Assembly (NCBI GenBank): GCA_973895155.1
Contig: OZ316891.1
Coordinates: 17,916,095 to 17,980,094, forward strand
Length of the DNA: 64,000 nt
Direction: 5' to 3'
Origin: Marsupella aquatica
Lineage: Eukaryota > Plantae > Marchantiophyta
Numbering within the stretch: position 1 is the first letter of the stretch; each line of letters opens with the position of its first letter. Below the pieces are notes generated by a model. It ran no database searches. It was not told the origin of the DNA and saw only the letters and a program-made list of their open reading frames with translations. Position numbers and translations under genes: made by a program. Below, in pieces: positions 12,774-23,399 of this stretch.

Positions 12774-13250
12774 ATGCTCGAGCGACGCATTTTTGTACCC
12801 TTCCCGGATCCTCCAGAATGGGGGAATGGAGCCATGCTGGACCAGCTAAGGAGGCTGGATGAGTCACTAATTTTAAAGATATGTAGGCTGGTAGTAAAAC
12901 CGTTTTACCATAACGCATTTCACTTCTACGTAGATCAGGTAGGGGGAGAAATTTATATTCGGTGGGATAGATATGTTGGATTTTCTAAAAGAGTTATCCT
13001 ACTCTTTCTGAAAATTGGTGCAGTAAGACGTTTTATACTCCACTGCTGTCATGTTGTGAAGGGCAATCCTGCTTATGAGCCAGAATTCTATGCCGACAAC
13101 AGACGTAGAGCATTCGATGAGATTCAGGATGTGATTGACGAGCTAGACAATCCTCTTGCCACCGAGTTTTTTATTGACACTGGTGGGAAACTATATTCAT
13201 ACAAGATTCGTCAACTCCCCCCCCGGCCAGCCGGTCCGTGGGCTCTTTAA
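12774..13250 (+). CDS. Transposon cargo ORF, function unknown (158 aa)
   Basis: ATG in GCCATG context just after a CAG acceptor; globular-looking composition. Confidence 0.45.
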   Translation: MLERRIFVPFPDPPEWGNGAMLDQLRRLDESLILKICRLVVKPFYHNAFHFYVDQVGGEIYIRWDRYVGFSKRVILLFLKIGAVRRFILHCCHVVKGNPAYEPEFYADNRRRAFDEIQDVIDELDNPLATEFFIDTGGKLYSYKIRQLPPRPAGPWAL

Positions 13251-13711
13251 CTTGATCTATGTAAGTTGCCTGTGGACGAACGTCCTTGCCAATGGTGAGA
13301 TCTGTCCATGTTGCACAAATGCTTGTTGTGACATTCCGTCACGCCGATATTCAGTAGCAATAGTGAATCCTGAGACTGGTGAAGTTGATTTCCATTGGCT
13401 GTGGGCTTATGATCATCGCGTCACTCATATTCCCCAATGGCCCAAGAAGCGGATCGAACGCTTTGCTCTGGCGAGGTTCAACTATGATTAGGGTTTAGGT
13501 TTAGGGGTTAAGGTTTTGGATTTAGGGTTCCGTAGCTGATTCTTCGACCTGTACACTCGGCCGTCAATTTAAAGAAGGCTCACTTTTGCGATAATTTTAT
13601 CGGTCTCTTTGTCCTTGTGTGATGAGATGTCGTGTCCACATGTGCTGTGAGATTGGCGGCGATAATTTTATCGCTCTTTGCATTGGAATTTGTTTATTTG
13701 CAGACTTTTCC

Positions 13712-16700
13712 ATGGCTGCTAGTGGAAAGAGTGGATCTGCTGAGGCAGAAAGTCTCATGACAAGCCTCACCAATGCAATTTGGACAAGTGAAGACATTTG
13801 TGAAGGGATCAAGTGTATCAAGAAGTCATGGTACTTCCGTGACGCCAGATTACAGTCCACGGGTTTCGAAGACTGTGTTACCCCAATCCTTTGGGTCCAG
13901 TTGCAAAAATCGGCGAAGGTTAATGTTTCGTATGGCCCTGTCATTGTTGTTGCCGTCGTCGAGTTCATGGTTGGCCACGGGGAGGGAAAAGTGTTGACAG
14001 AGGGCCTTAGTTTCTTGACAATGTGTGGGCGCAAGGGTTTCACATCTCTCATTGTTACTCTCGATAACTTTGATGAGAAATCGATGGACAGTTATCCAGA
14101 AGATCCCCTTGTTGCTGATGTTCGGGCAGCAAGAGAGATGAATGTTATGGGTTCGGCTTGGATCGGCCAGTATGTGCAAGATTGTGATGCCATCATGCTT
14201 CCAAGGGTGAACGCAGAGTACAAGAGACTTGTGGGTGAAGAGTTCAAACCTGTCCGCAAAATTGTTTTCAAGAAACCAGGTTCAAGTGGAAGCGGTGGTT
14301 CTAATGCCGATAAAATATCGGGGCGGAAAGAACCATTGCAATCCTCTACACATATTGACGTGGACGAACCTACAACTTCTGGTCGGGTTTCGGGAAGTGG
14401 AAAAGGGAAAGGGAGAGGTAGCGGCAGGGGAGATGTCGCGGGAACCTCTGACGGTGGGAAGAAGAGCCAGGAAACTGGCGGTAGTGGGAGAGGCCGGGGC
14501 AACCATTGAGGACCATCCATTAAACCAAGCGAAAGTAAAGGATCCGAGGGATCCGGGCCATCTGGTTCTGGACTTAGCACAAAGAGGAAGAGGACTGGTT
14601 GGACTGAGACGGTGGCTGCAGAAGTAGATAGAGCTCCATCAATTCCATCAGTTCCAGTCGCGGTTCCTACGGCGCCATTGGTAAGTACTACGTCGTTGTA
14701 CTGTTTAACAAATACGAAATCCGATAAAAATCTCGCTATTTATTTCCTGAATTGCGGATTGTGGAGTTATGTTGAACAAATGCGAACTCCGATAAAAATC
14801 TCGCAGTTTCTTTCCTTAATTGAATTTGCAACGCTTTTGTAGGCTGATCAGGAGGAGGAGACGGCTCTTTCGATGTATGAGACGGACGCGATCAAGGCAG
14901 AGCTCAGTCTTCTGATGCAACAAAGGGTGCAAAGGACAACTGTGCTTCTGCATGTCGACAATCTCATATTTGATGAGGAGGGGGATTTGACAACTTTGAT
15001 TAGACCAGTGGATAGATTGCATGTGGAAAATATCAAGATACTTCTCATGAAAAACCCCACCAACTTCAATGCCCCGTTCGTGCTGTGTGTGGATCCGAAG
15101 GATTGTCCCACAACCGCAGATTGGGACATCCTGAAGTCAAGGGTATGGAAGTATAGAATTATTGGAGGGAATCATGGTGCTCGGGCAAAGTCCGAGTTGT
15201 TTAAAATGTACAGGAAGCAAATATATGGTGAGCTGGAAGCTTGGGTTTACGCTGGGCTTACGAGATCCGAGGTCCGAAAGTTAGGCTTCCAGCATAACTA
15301 TGACCAGGAGTATCGGAAGAACATGACTAAAATTGACCAAGTTCGGGCTTGTCACAATATTTTCCTTGAAATGGGTGTGGGCTCGACTAAAGATGTCCGC
15401 GAAGCATGTTGTCAAGAATGCATGATGGAGTACACGCCAGGAGTTCGTGACTCCATGGCCAAACATGATCCGGCTTTCCAAATTGCTTTCCGAACAGGTG
15501 AAATTTGGGATCTTCAGGAGCAGATTTTCCAGATGTGGGAGAAAGGTATTGTCTTAGGACAACCCAAAAAAATTGTGGCAACGACGAACACAAAGGGAAA
15601 GGTGAAACCTTTGACGGTAAGGGAGATTAAAATGAATAAACTTGCTGGTGACCTCAACTTAAATTCATTTCGAGGTCTCCAAGGACTATCAAATAAGGAG
15701 CATGTCAAGCGCCTCTTGAATAGGGTTATCGGGAAGGTGATCACTTTGGATCAAATGCACAAGGAAGGTGAGAAGTTGAAAAAGCTTGCCAAGGTGAAGA
15801 AACTATTTTTGCAGATATCTGGTCAGCCAGATTGGGCAACATGCAGAGAAATGTTTCCCAACGAAACAGATGTCTCGGTCCTTGGCATATGGGCGGAGAA
15901 ATTGAGTGACGCGGTAAGCATTCCTCTCACAGCATGCTCTATCGCGAGATTTTTATCGGCTTTAGCATTCCTTTGTTGGTTTCTAAGCGATTCCATTTAT
16001 TGGCTAGCGTGCTCCATCGCGAGATTTTTATCGGCCTTAGCATTCATCTCACGCTATTCTAATTGTAGATGTGTCTGACATTCTTACAGCTGAAGATTAA
16101 TTCAAAAAGGAAAAGCAAAGTGGTTCCGGCTGTCACTTATAATTCTGCGGGGGAGGTTATTGTTCCCTCAGCTGAAATCCCTTATGTGTTTAAGAATTTT
16201 GTGCTTGCTGCAATCGATAAGTACAATCGGCTGAGGTCCTTAGGCGAGGGCACAGCAGAAGCGTTTGAACAAACATGGAAAAATGCAGACGGGGATTCTT
16301 TTCCCTACTATCTCCATGTTGGTGATGTTCGAATTTTGGATTCTTTTGTTCAGCCAAGGGCTTACACCCTTGCGGTTGCGGATATTCCGTATGGTTTTAA
16401 TGCTCCTGGTTCGGAGTTTGATGAAGTGGCCTTCACAGAAAAGGACATTTTAGACATGTTGACAAGTTTCTCAAAGATGACGACCGCTAAGCAGTGGAGG
16501 TTTGTTGTGATCCATTCACTACAACAAACGCATATGGTGATGTCTGCACTGGAGAGTGTATGCAACTGTGGGATCGAGGCTGGAATCTGGGAGAAGACTA
16601 ACATTCATGAGCGTCCCGCTGGAGCTCGATTGGCGTGGGGTTTTGAGAACTGGTCGATAGGTTTCTATAGCGAGGAAGGCATTCGGAACATGAACATGTA

Positions 16701-17202
16701 CAATTTCCAACCGGATGAGTCTCGCGTCAATATCATCAAGGTTCCATGTGTAACCAAGAAGTCCGTTGATCCGTTGGGATTTGTTGTGAACCCATATCAG
16801 AAGCCTGTTGGTTTAGGGGCTTGGTTTGTTTCCCATTTCTCTGAGAAAGAGGATTGGGTTATTGATCTTTGTTGTGGAACCGGATCGACATTAGCTGCTA
16901 CGCTCCTCAATTCTCGCTAGGGTTGTGCTGTTGATAAGAGTTCTACGCAGATTGGTTTTGTAAAATCCCGGATCATGATTCTGGAGTCAAATTGGAATTT
17001 ATATGAAGAATCCCAGATTGAAGGGCACGGCGTTGAAGGTCATGAGATTCAACCACCAATTGCAGGCCAATTGGGTGTACTCGGGACATCGACTTACGTA
17101 GTTGAGGTCGTGAAGGAGACCAAAGAGGAACAAGAAGAAACTGAGGAAGAGCCTCCCAGAACACCAAATGAGGATGATCTCAATGACATGTTATTAGATT
17201 AG
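13712..17202 (+). pseudogene. ParB/Srx-like domain + beta-class N6-adenine/N4-cytosine DNA methyltransferase fusion (~1050 aa; exons 13712-14680, 14843-15913, 16090-17202) with two nonsense codons
   Basis: Both introns are GTAAG...AG in phase 0. ParB-like RPVD..HV..I...PFVLCV...YRIIGGNHGARA at ~15000-15190. MTase motif IV DIPY (16381), NPYQKP, then motif I DLCCGTGST (16864) give the beta order. In-frame TGA at 14507 and TAG at 16918, with the reading frame continuing after each. Confidence 0.85.
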
Positions 17203-17530
17203 TTGCGTGTGCTTGTTAGGATAATGTCAATCACCAATGAAGTTGTCGATAAATTTATCGACTTCTGTATTCCATGAGGAAGAACCTTTGTCACATTTAT
17301 TAATGCAATAAATTTATCGGACTTTGCATATATCGGACTGTCGCGGTGTTCCTGCTGGGGGAATGGAGTTGTCGATAATCTTATCGGACAGCATTGTATT
17401 CTCTAACTGGTTTGTCATTGCAATTATTTAAAAAAAAAGATATCATTATAGCTTCGGAGTACATAGTCCCAGAACGATAACCACTGTACATATTCATGGG
17501 AACGATAATCATTATAACTTAAACCTGAAA

Positions 17531-20500
17531 CTAGCTTCGACTATCAACGACTACAGTCTCCATTGCATTTTGAATGATTCGTCTTGTTTGTATAGGGAGA
17601 GTACTATTTGCCAATAACGCAAAGTTATACGCATAAACGGCAGTTTCTGATAGGGACAATTCATCCTCCAGTACTTTGCTAGACGAAGCCTCTTTCTCCG
17701 GATAATATCTGCCTTCAATTGCAGACTCTTCCTCCGAATCCATTGCATACCAAGTGATTTTAATCCGCTCCGGGATGTCGTTAATTCTTGTGAGAATCTC
17801 AGTCACTTTTGCCATCCAGAATGGTCTTCCCTTGGGATCCTGATGGGCTGCTACACATATCATTGCAAATTTAGTATTCACCTCTAGATCCTTGAAGTCT
17901 CCAATTTCCGTGACTTTTCTTCGACTTCCGGAATACATGACTGTCCTCACACCCGCTACTTTATCAACCAAGCTAGGTTCCATTGCTGCTTCCGTAGGAT
18001 TACTCGGAAGTTCTCTCTGTACGTTTACCTTGGGCCAACTCCAATCAAAACTCCATTGTGCAGGTTTCAGGTGGTGCTGAATCACTTCTTTTTGTTTGTC
18101 AAAAAAACGACCCCACCATAGACGATCTGCGTCGTCAAAGTAATTGAATCCATCTTCAATTGCTCTTCGATATTTTTGAAGAGTTGACAAATAACTTTGA
18201 GCCGCCGGCTCATCTTGTTCCTCAGCATCATTCTCTTGCTCTTCATTGTCTCCTGTCGCTCCCGTGGCCGACTTCAATGCCATTTGTGGTGCGACCCACA
18301 TTCCAGATGATGGAATGTACCAAAAAAAATCCACCGTCTCCCCCCAATCGATTGTCGTTGAAAGATGTTTGGCATGGAATACGGACCGAGCACTTCCATC
18401 TTCGAGTACTCTAGTAATCCGAAATTGTTTTTGAGCACTTATGCCGTGGAGAGTACGTAGAACCTGACCATCCATATCCTTGTCATTTGCTTGATCCTTG
18501 TCTGACACAAATTTCTTGAAATCGGTAACCTCGTCGACGAAAAATATCTTTGCCGTAGGATTGTAGGATTCCTCTATGATTGCTGAAAGAGTGTCCAACC
18601 GGAAAGCTTTCCGCTTGTTCAATTTTGAAGAAAACTTGCTAAACATTTGATCAATTTGATCATGGGTGTGCCCCACCAGTAGGAAACCAACCTTTATTTT
18701 CTGGAAAACACCTATCTCCACCAACATATTCAAATATGCCATAAGATATTTATTCTTGTTTTCCCGAGCTGTGTTATCAAGCTGGAGGTAAAGCACTGGA
18801 GGGAGCAGACCTTCCCAGGTATTCAGAATATGCTGGATAACGTGGATGGTCAGGTTGCTATCATTGTGAATATTTGGATAGTTCAAAAAAACATTTGAAC
18901 TTAATTGTTTGTTGAAGATCAAACAACCCACTACGTGTACGGGGATGAAATACTTTTCATCCATATTCTTCGGACACCGAATGAAATGAGGTAACTCTGT
19001 CTTCTTTTGATCCATTCCATCAATACAGATGCCCAAATATTTCTCCGGACTCTTGTAACATTTGCTCCGGTGCTTTGCTAACTTCTCCCTCTCGACTGCT
19101 TGTGCCTTCCGATGCTCGTTTAGCAATGTTGAGAATTTTCCTACAACAATAAAAAAATTTAGGACAAAACATGATAACCGCAATGTTGAACCCTGACAGC
19201 GATAAATTTATCGGGTTCAGTATTCAAACACGAGACCGTAATGATAAACCCTGACAACGATAAATTTATCGGGTTCAGTATTCAAACACAAGACCGTAAT
19301 GAAAAACTGTGACAGCGATAAATTTATCAGGTTCAGTATTCAAACTGTTCAAACGATATATTCACTCACATGGCCAAAGAAGAAGCACATGAATACTCAA
19401 CCCGATAAAATTATCGGGAGTAGCACACAGGTTTAGAAATTTACTCTTTTCTGCTTCGAGTGTTGCCTTGTCACGGAGTGCTTTGAATTCAGTACACGGG
19501 GCGCAGGTGGAGAAACGGCTCCTTTTGGGGATGCGCACGCGAGGAAACTCCTTGTTCCAAATGCGAACAAACCACGAATATGTCATGCCTTGTTCTTGGC
19601 GCATTAGAGTTTCGGACTGGAAGGCATCAAAAACTTCTGTTTTTGTCCAATTGTCAGGTAAATGAAAGATATCCTTGTTGGGGAGACTCTCGACATTTGT
19701 GGAAAAAAAATCATCCAACCATTGGACGAGACCAAGATGTGCGGGTGATTTTTCTCGACAAACTGTACCGATCTATATCCGACAAAACATGTTCTGCGAG
19801 ATTTTTTGGAGACGATTATTTCCCAGTGAAAATAATTTCTTAAAACCACTTCGACAAAAGGATCTACCGCTAACTGAGTAACCACTTGCACCAGCATGCC
19901 CACCCTTCACACATCCTCTTAGAAGGACGTTCTTCTCTGGGTAGGATAGCCCATAGTAATAAGTGCGTTGTTTCGTCACGGCTAGCAGACCCAAATTCCG
20001 CAGACAGTAATTATCACAACACGAATACTTATGAATTTCTCTCATTTTGTTTCTATTCAATTTGTCATTTATCACATTGTCTTTCCTAGTAATTCGGTCC
20101 CTATCTTTTTTACTAGGCTCATTTGACTTCTCTACAACCTGAAATCCGTTCATAACATTGGCATTTTCGGGTCCTTCAGGTGCCTCGTGAATAGATGCAT
20201 CACTCTCTGCTGAGCTACCATCCTCTATAGATCTCCTTGACGCATTTAGAGGGGCACTGAATAGACGACTATAGCTATTCTCTTCGACAGCTCCTTCTAA
20301 ACATTCAGACACAACTTGTGCTATTATATCGGATTCTCTATCTCCTTCCTCATCTTTGTCCTCCGATGCACTCGACTCATCTGAAAACACAATTGGACTC
20401 CGTGGCTCTCTATACATAACCCGAACGCCACTAAGACCTCTCCTTGATACTTGGAGCCTGGAACCAATGACAGTCCGCCCTTGAGAACTTGGAGATTCTG

Positions 20501-21122
20501 GATTCGCACGTGCAGTCCCAACGACTCCGCGAGCTGCTGGAAAATTGAGCACTTGTTCACCACGATTCCCACGGACCATTCGAGAAAGGGCCGAGTCTGG
20601 ACTTCGCAGTCCGATTCCCTCGCTTGCTCGCACATCCAGTCCAGGCAATGCAAAGACCGATCGCCGTATCGGTCTTTGTATTTCTGTGTCCCGATCCTCA
20701 CCCGGAGACTGAAAGATCCGTCGTTGAACTTGTGTTGAATGTGGCAACTTGAATGCCGACTGCGATACGCGTATCGGTCGCCGGATACCCTCTCCATAAC
20801 CCGGGATGGATGGCCTGAAGCGACGTCTCGGACCTAAACCTGGGATTGAAAGTTTCTCATTTCTTGGCGATGGAACGCTCAAGAGACGATGCTTCTCAGG
20901 TTTACTAGGCGACACATAGTAAGCACTGGGCTCAGGACCAGAACTTGCATCAGAATCTGAGTCAGAGATTTCGGGCACTATTTGCTGTGAGAGAGGTAGA
21001 GCTTTAAGTATGCGACTTGGCAAACAGCGAGCGACAAGATTAGGAGAGGATTCAACTGAACTGGAAGGTGAATCTGTGTCTGATTGAGACATGGCTATCC
21101 GAGACACTATGGGGCTTTGCAT
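17531..21122 (-). pseudogene. Sola-like (DUF7869-type) DDD transposase; exons ~21122-19445 and 19140-17531; one nonsense codon
   Basis: IDGMDQ...LQLDNTARENKN...FLLVGHTHDQIDQMFS catalytic motifs and Cys clusters SCCDNYCL and FSTCAPC. Intron 19444-19141 restores the frame (EK-R-KFS). In-frame TAG at 19773-19775. Confidence 0.85.
19177..19345. repeat. ~58-bp tandem repeat (3 units) in the transposase intron, each carrying the 14-bp palindrome
   Basis: CCCTGACAGCGATAAATTTATCGGGTTCAGTATTCAAACACGAGACCGTAATG-like unit; palindromes at 19200, 19258 and 19316. Confidence 0.9.
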
Positions 21123-22550
21123 TCCTCCCACAATCAGGGAAAACGAAAGGCTCAACGGACAGAATGTTGCTCCAAGAACACAACTCCCAAAACTCTACTC
21201 TCGATAATGATGCCAAAAACTTATCGGCGGTGGCCCTTTTATAGTGTCTGTTGAGGGGTTGGCCCACGTGTCCACTTTTGATTGGCTGTCACCCTAAACG
21301 ACAAAATAGCAGAAAAGGGTATATTTCTTGGATTTCCAATTTCATTCTCACACGTGCATCGTGGCAAAATTATATAGTTTTGAAATTGAAGCGATAAATT
21401 TATCTGATGTTGGTATTGCAAAAGTGGTTCCTTCATATGGAAGTTGCAATTTTGAAATTGAAGCGATAAATTTATCTGATGTTGGTATTGCAAAGAGTTT
21501 TCTTCATATGGATAGGAATTTTGAAATTTAATCGATGAACCGAAGGATCTTAGTATTGTCGACTAGTATTTTTGTCGCCCGTAGTTTTTGCGATAATTTT
21601 ATCGGACTGCGCATTGCTGTTGAAAGAATGGCATGTTGACTATGGTCACTTGCGGAGGTAACTGGTCAATTGCGGAGGTAACTGCAAGGTAAATTTGATG
21701 AACCGTGCAGTAATTCTTATCGACTGTGATGTAAAATATTTTTGGTAAATATCCAAAAACTGAGAAACCTGAGATTGGGTCGGAGTTTTCGTGGCTCAAA
21801 TCCGGAGTTCGATACAGTTATCGCACTTGGCTCGAAACATGGATATGGATTTATAGATAAGACCTTTCATATATCTTCGGAGAGCGTGAATATGAGGTCG
21901 AGGAGAAAGTTTTTCGGATCTAATTGTTCCTTGATAATATGAATGTTTGTTAGCATGAATTTCATTGGTTTTGATCATTATTAAATTTGTTGTTTCAATC
22001 CGAACTCCGATACGAATTACATTATTTCCCCAAAAACGCATTTTTGATGAAAAAAACTGCCAATTTCGCGAGATTCGGCGGAAAATAAAAATACACTTCT
22101 CGTTTAGAGGAAATAGTTCTCGTTCGGTCCGAAATTGTGTTCATGGCATGTAATCGGTGACCATCAAGGAATCTCCATTTCCAGATTGGAAGATCTTCAA
22201 CAAGCCTATAGTGCTAACAAGCACCTTAAGAGACTTTGTAGAAATTACACATACACTATATGCTTAAACCCAATTATGTTACACCCATGGGGATGGTAAT
22301 ACTCTTTCCTCCCACAAAGAAAGTAGGGGAGGTTTTAATGAGGTTACATCCCCGACTTACACTTTACCATGCAACATGAATTATAAGACATCTATTAGGA
22401 GAAGCTTGACATTCATTTATAGTAGACTTGAGATGGCTACACCATTTATAAAATAGACTAGACATAAACAAAACCTATTGCATACCACTGAATATACCCA
22501 AAGTAGACTCTTGATTGTAACATTTCAACCCCAATGTTACAAAGGGGGAG

Positions 22551-22693
22551 TGTTGTAACTCATACTTGAGTTAAGTCTACCTTTGGGATAACTACCTATG
22601 TAACTACCCTAACTACTTAGGCCGTAGCCACATGTACATATTCTACCAAGAGTAAAGATGGAACCAACTCTTTGTCTCGTTTATCCTACAACA
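22551..22693 (+). repeat. 3' LTR (143 bp)
   Basis: Preceded by the PPT and followed by TSD CTATC. Confidence 0.95.
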
Positions 22694-23399
22694 CTATCAT
22701 GGTTTTATTTATATTTACCTATTTATTTTCTTCTTTTGTCTTACAAACACTTGGACTTTGAAATTTCATTTTACTGCTATACATGCAACCCTAGCCACTA
22801 GAAAAGTTCTCCTCATGCATGCCACCTTTTTTAAATCCCTAGCTTATAACCTAAACACATGCATTCTCCATCTTCTAAAGTTTTCTCTCAAAAATTTCCA
22901 TTCTGAAAACTTTGCAAACAACTCTCTTTGTGAAACATTTTTTGAACCAGACAGGAATGAATTTTTGAACCTCTTGTGAATCCAATTCCATCGGTACTTG
23001 TGATACAAATACGTTCTCAAACTTGCGACCAAATTGGCTTCGGTACTTTGCAACCCACCGTTCTTCACAACACTTTCCGAACATAATAGGTTCACAAACC
23101 ATTTGTGATAGTATTAGTCTCGCTAAATTATGAACCAAAATGTATCCGAATACGGTCGCGATGGTCGCGGACTCACAAAGTTGTTGCGAGATAACTAGTA
23201 TCTAAACGTGTTGCGAAGTCAATAACATCAAAACTTAATTGCGATGTATGTAGCTTCGCAACGTGAATGTGCGATGGTAAGAACATGGGATATTGTGATG
23301 CGTGTTACATCACAAAATATCTGAAGGTTCTAACATCGCAAGGCCTTTTCGACTTCAAAAAACACCTTCGCAAAAGGGGCCGATATGTAGTAGTGTTTA

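Larger units (their letters stand above)
10947..21823. repeat. Dispersed 14-bp palindrome CGATAAATTTATCG (~23 perfect or near-perfect copies)
   Basis: Perfect copies at 10947, 11040, 11174, 12508, 17247, 19200 and 19258. Variants at 11118, 11267, 13589, 13660, 14722, 14790, 15945, 16020, 17306, 17373, 19316, 19403, 21392, 21464, 21591 and 21810. Confidence 0.92.
10500..22141 (-). mobile_element. 11.6-kb TIR DNA transposon (Sola-like DDD transposase) carrying a ParB-methyltransferase and other cargo
   Basis: Left end AACACGATTTCGGACCGACCGAGAA versus reverse complement of right end AACACAATTTCGGACCGAACGAGAA (2 mismatches in 25). Both ends are flanked by CATG (10496-10499, 22142-22145), interpreted as a 4-bp TSD. 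Confidence 0.88.
7919..22693 (+). mobile_element. Non-autonomous Copia-type (Bianca-like PBS) LTR retroelement, ~3.1 kb without the nested insert
   Basis: Two TG...CA LTRs. TSD CTATC at 7914-7918 and 22694-22698. PBS at 8061 and PPT AAAGGGGGAG at 22541-22550. No intact gag/pol ORF. Confidence 0.92.
1..23395 (+). mobile_element. CACTA/En-Spm DNA transposon (left end outside the window), interrupted by an LTR element
   Basis: Ends ...GATATGTAGTAGTG at 23395 (reverse complement CACTACTACATATC). TTGCGA/TCGCAA-rich repeats occur at ~100-280, ~1600-1800 and ~23020-23375. Contains TnpD-like and TnpA-like genes. Confidence 0.85.

Noticed and set aside
13712-17202. Bacterial contamination or prophage as the source of the ParB-MTase
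   Set aside because: The gene has GT-AG introns and lies within TIRs nested in plant LTR and CACTA elements with intact TSDs.
19177-19345. Regularly spaced palindromic repeats resembling a CRISPR array
   Set aside because: The intervening sequences are near-identical, so this is a tandem repeat without unique spacers. It lies in a spliceosomal intron and no cas genes are present.
14507-19775. U-to-C RNA editing or programmed readthrough restoring the stops
   Set aside because: Plant U-to-C editing is organellar; methyl-C deamination in a silenced TE is the simpler explanation.
10493-22148. Longer TIR starting TG(T/C)CATG
   Set aside because: This would leave no flanking duplication. Treating CATG as a 4-bp TSD is more parsimonious, though its palindromy leaves the exact ends uncertain by a few bases.
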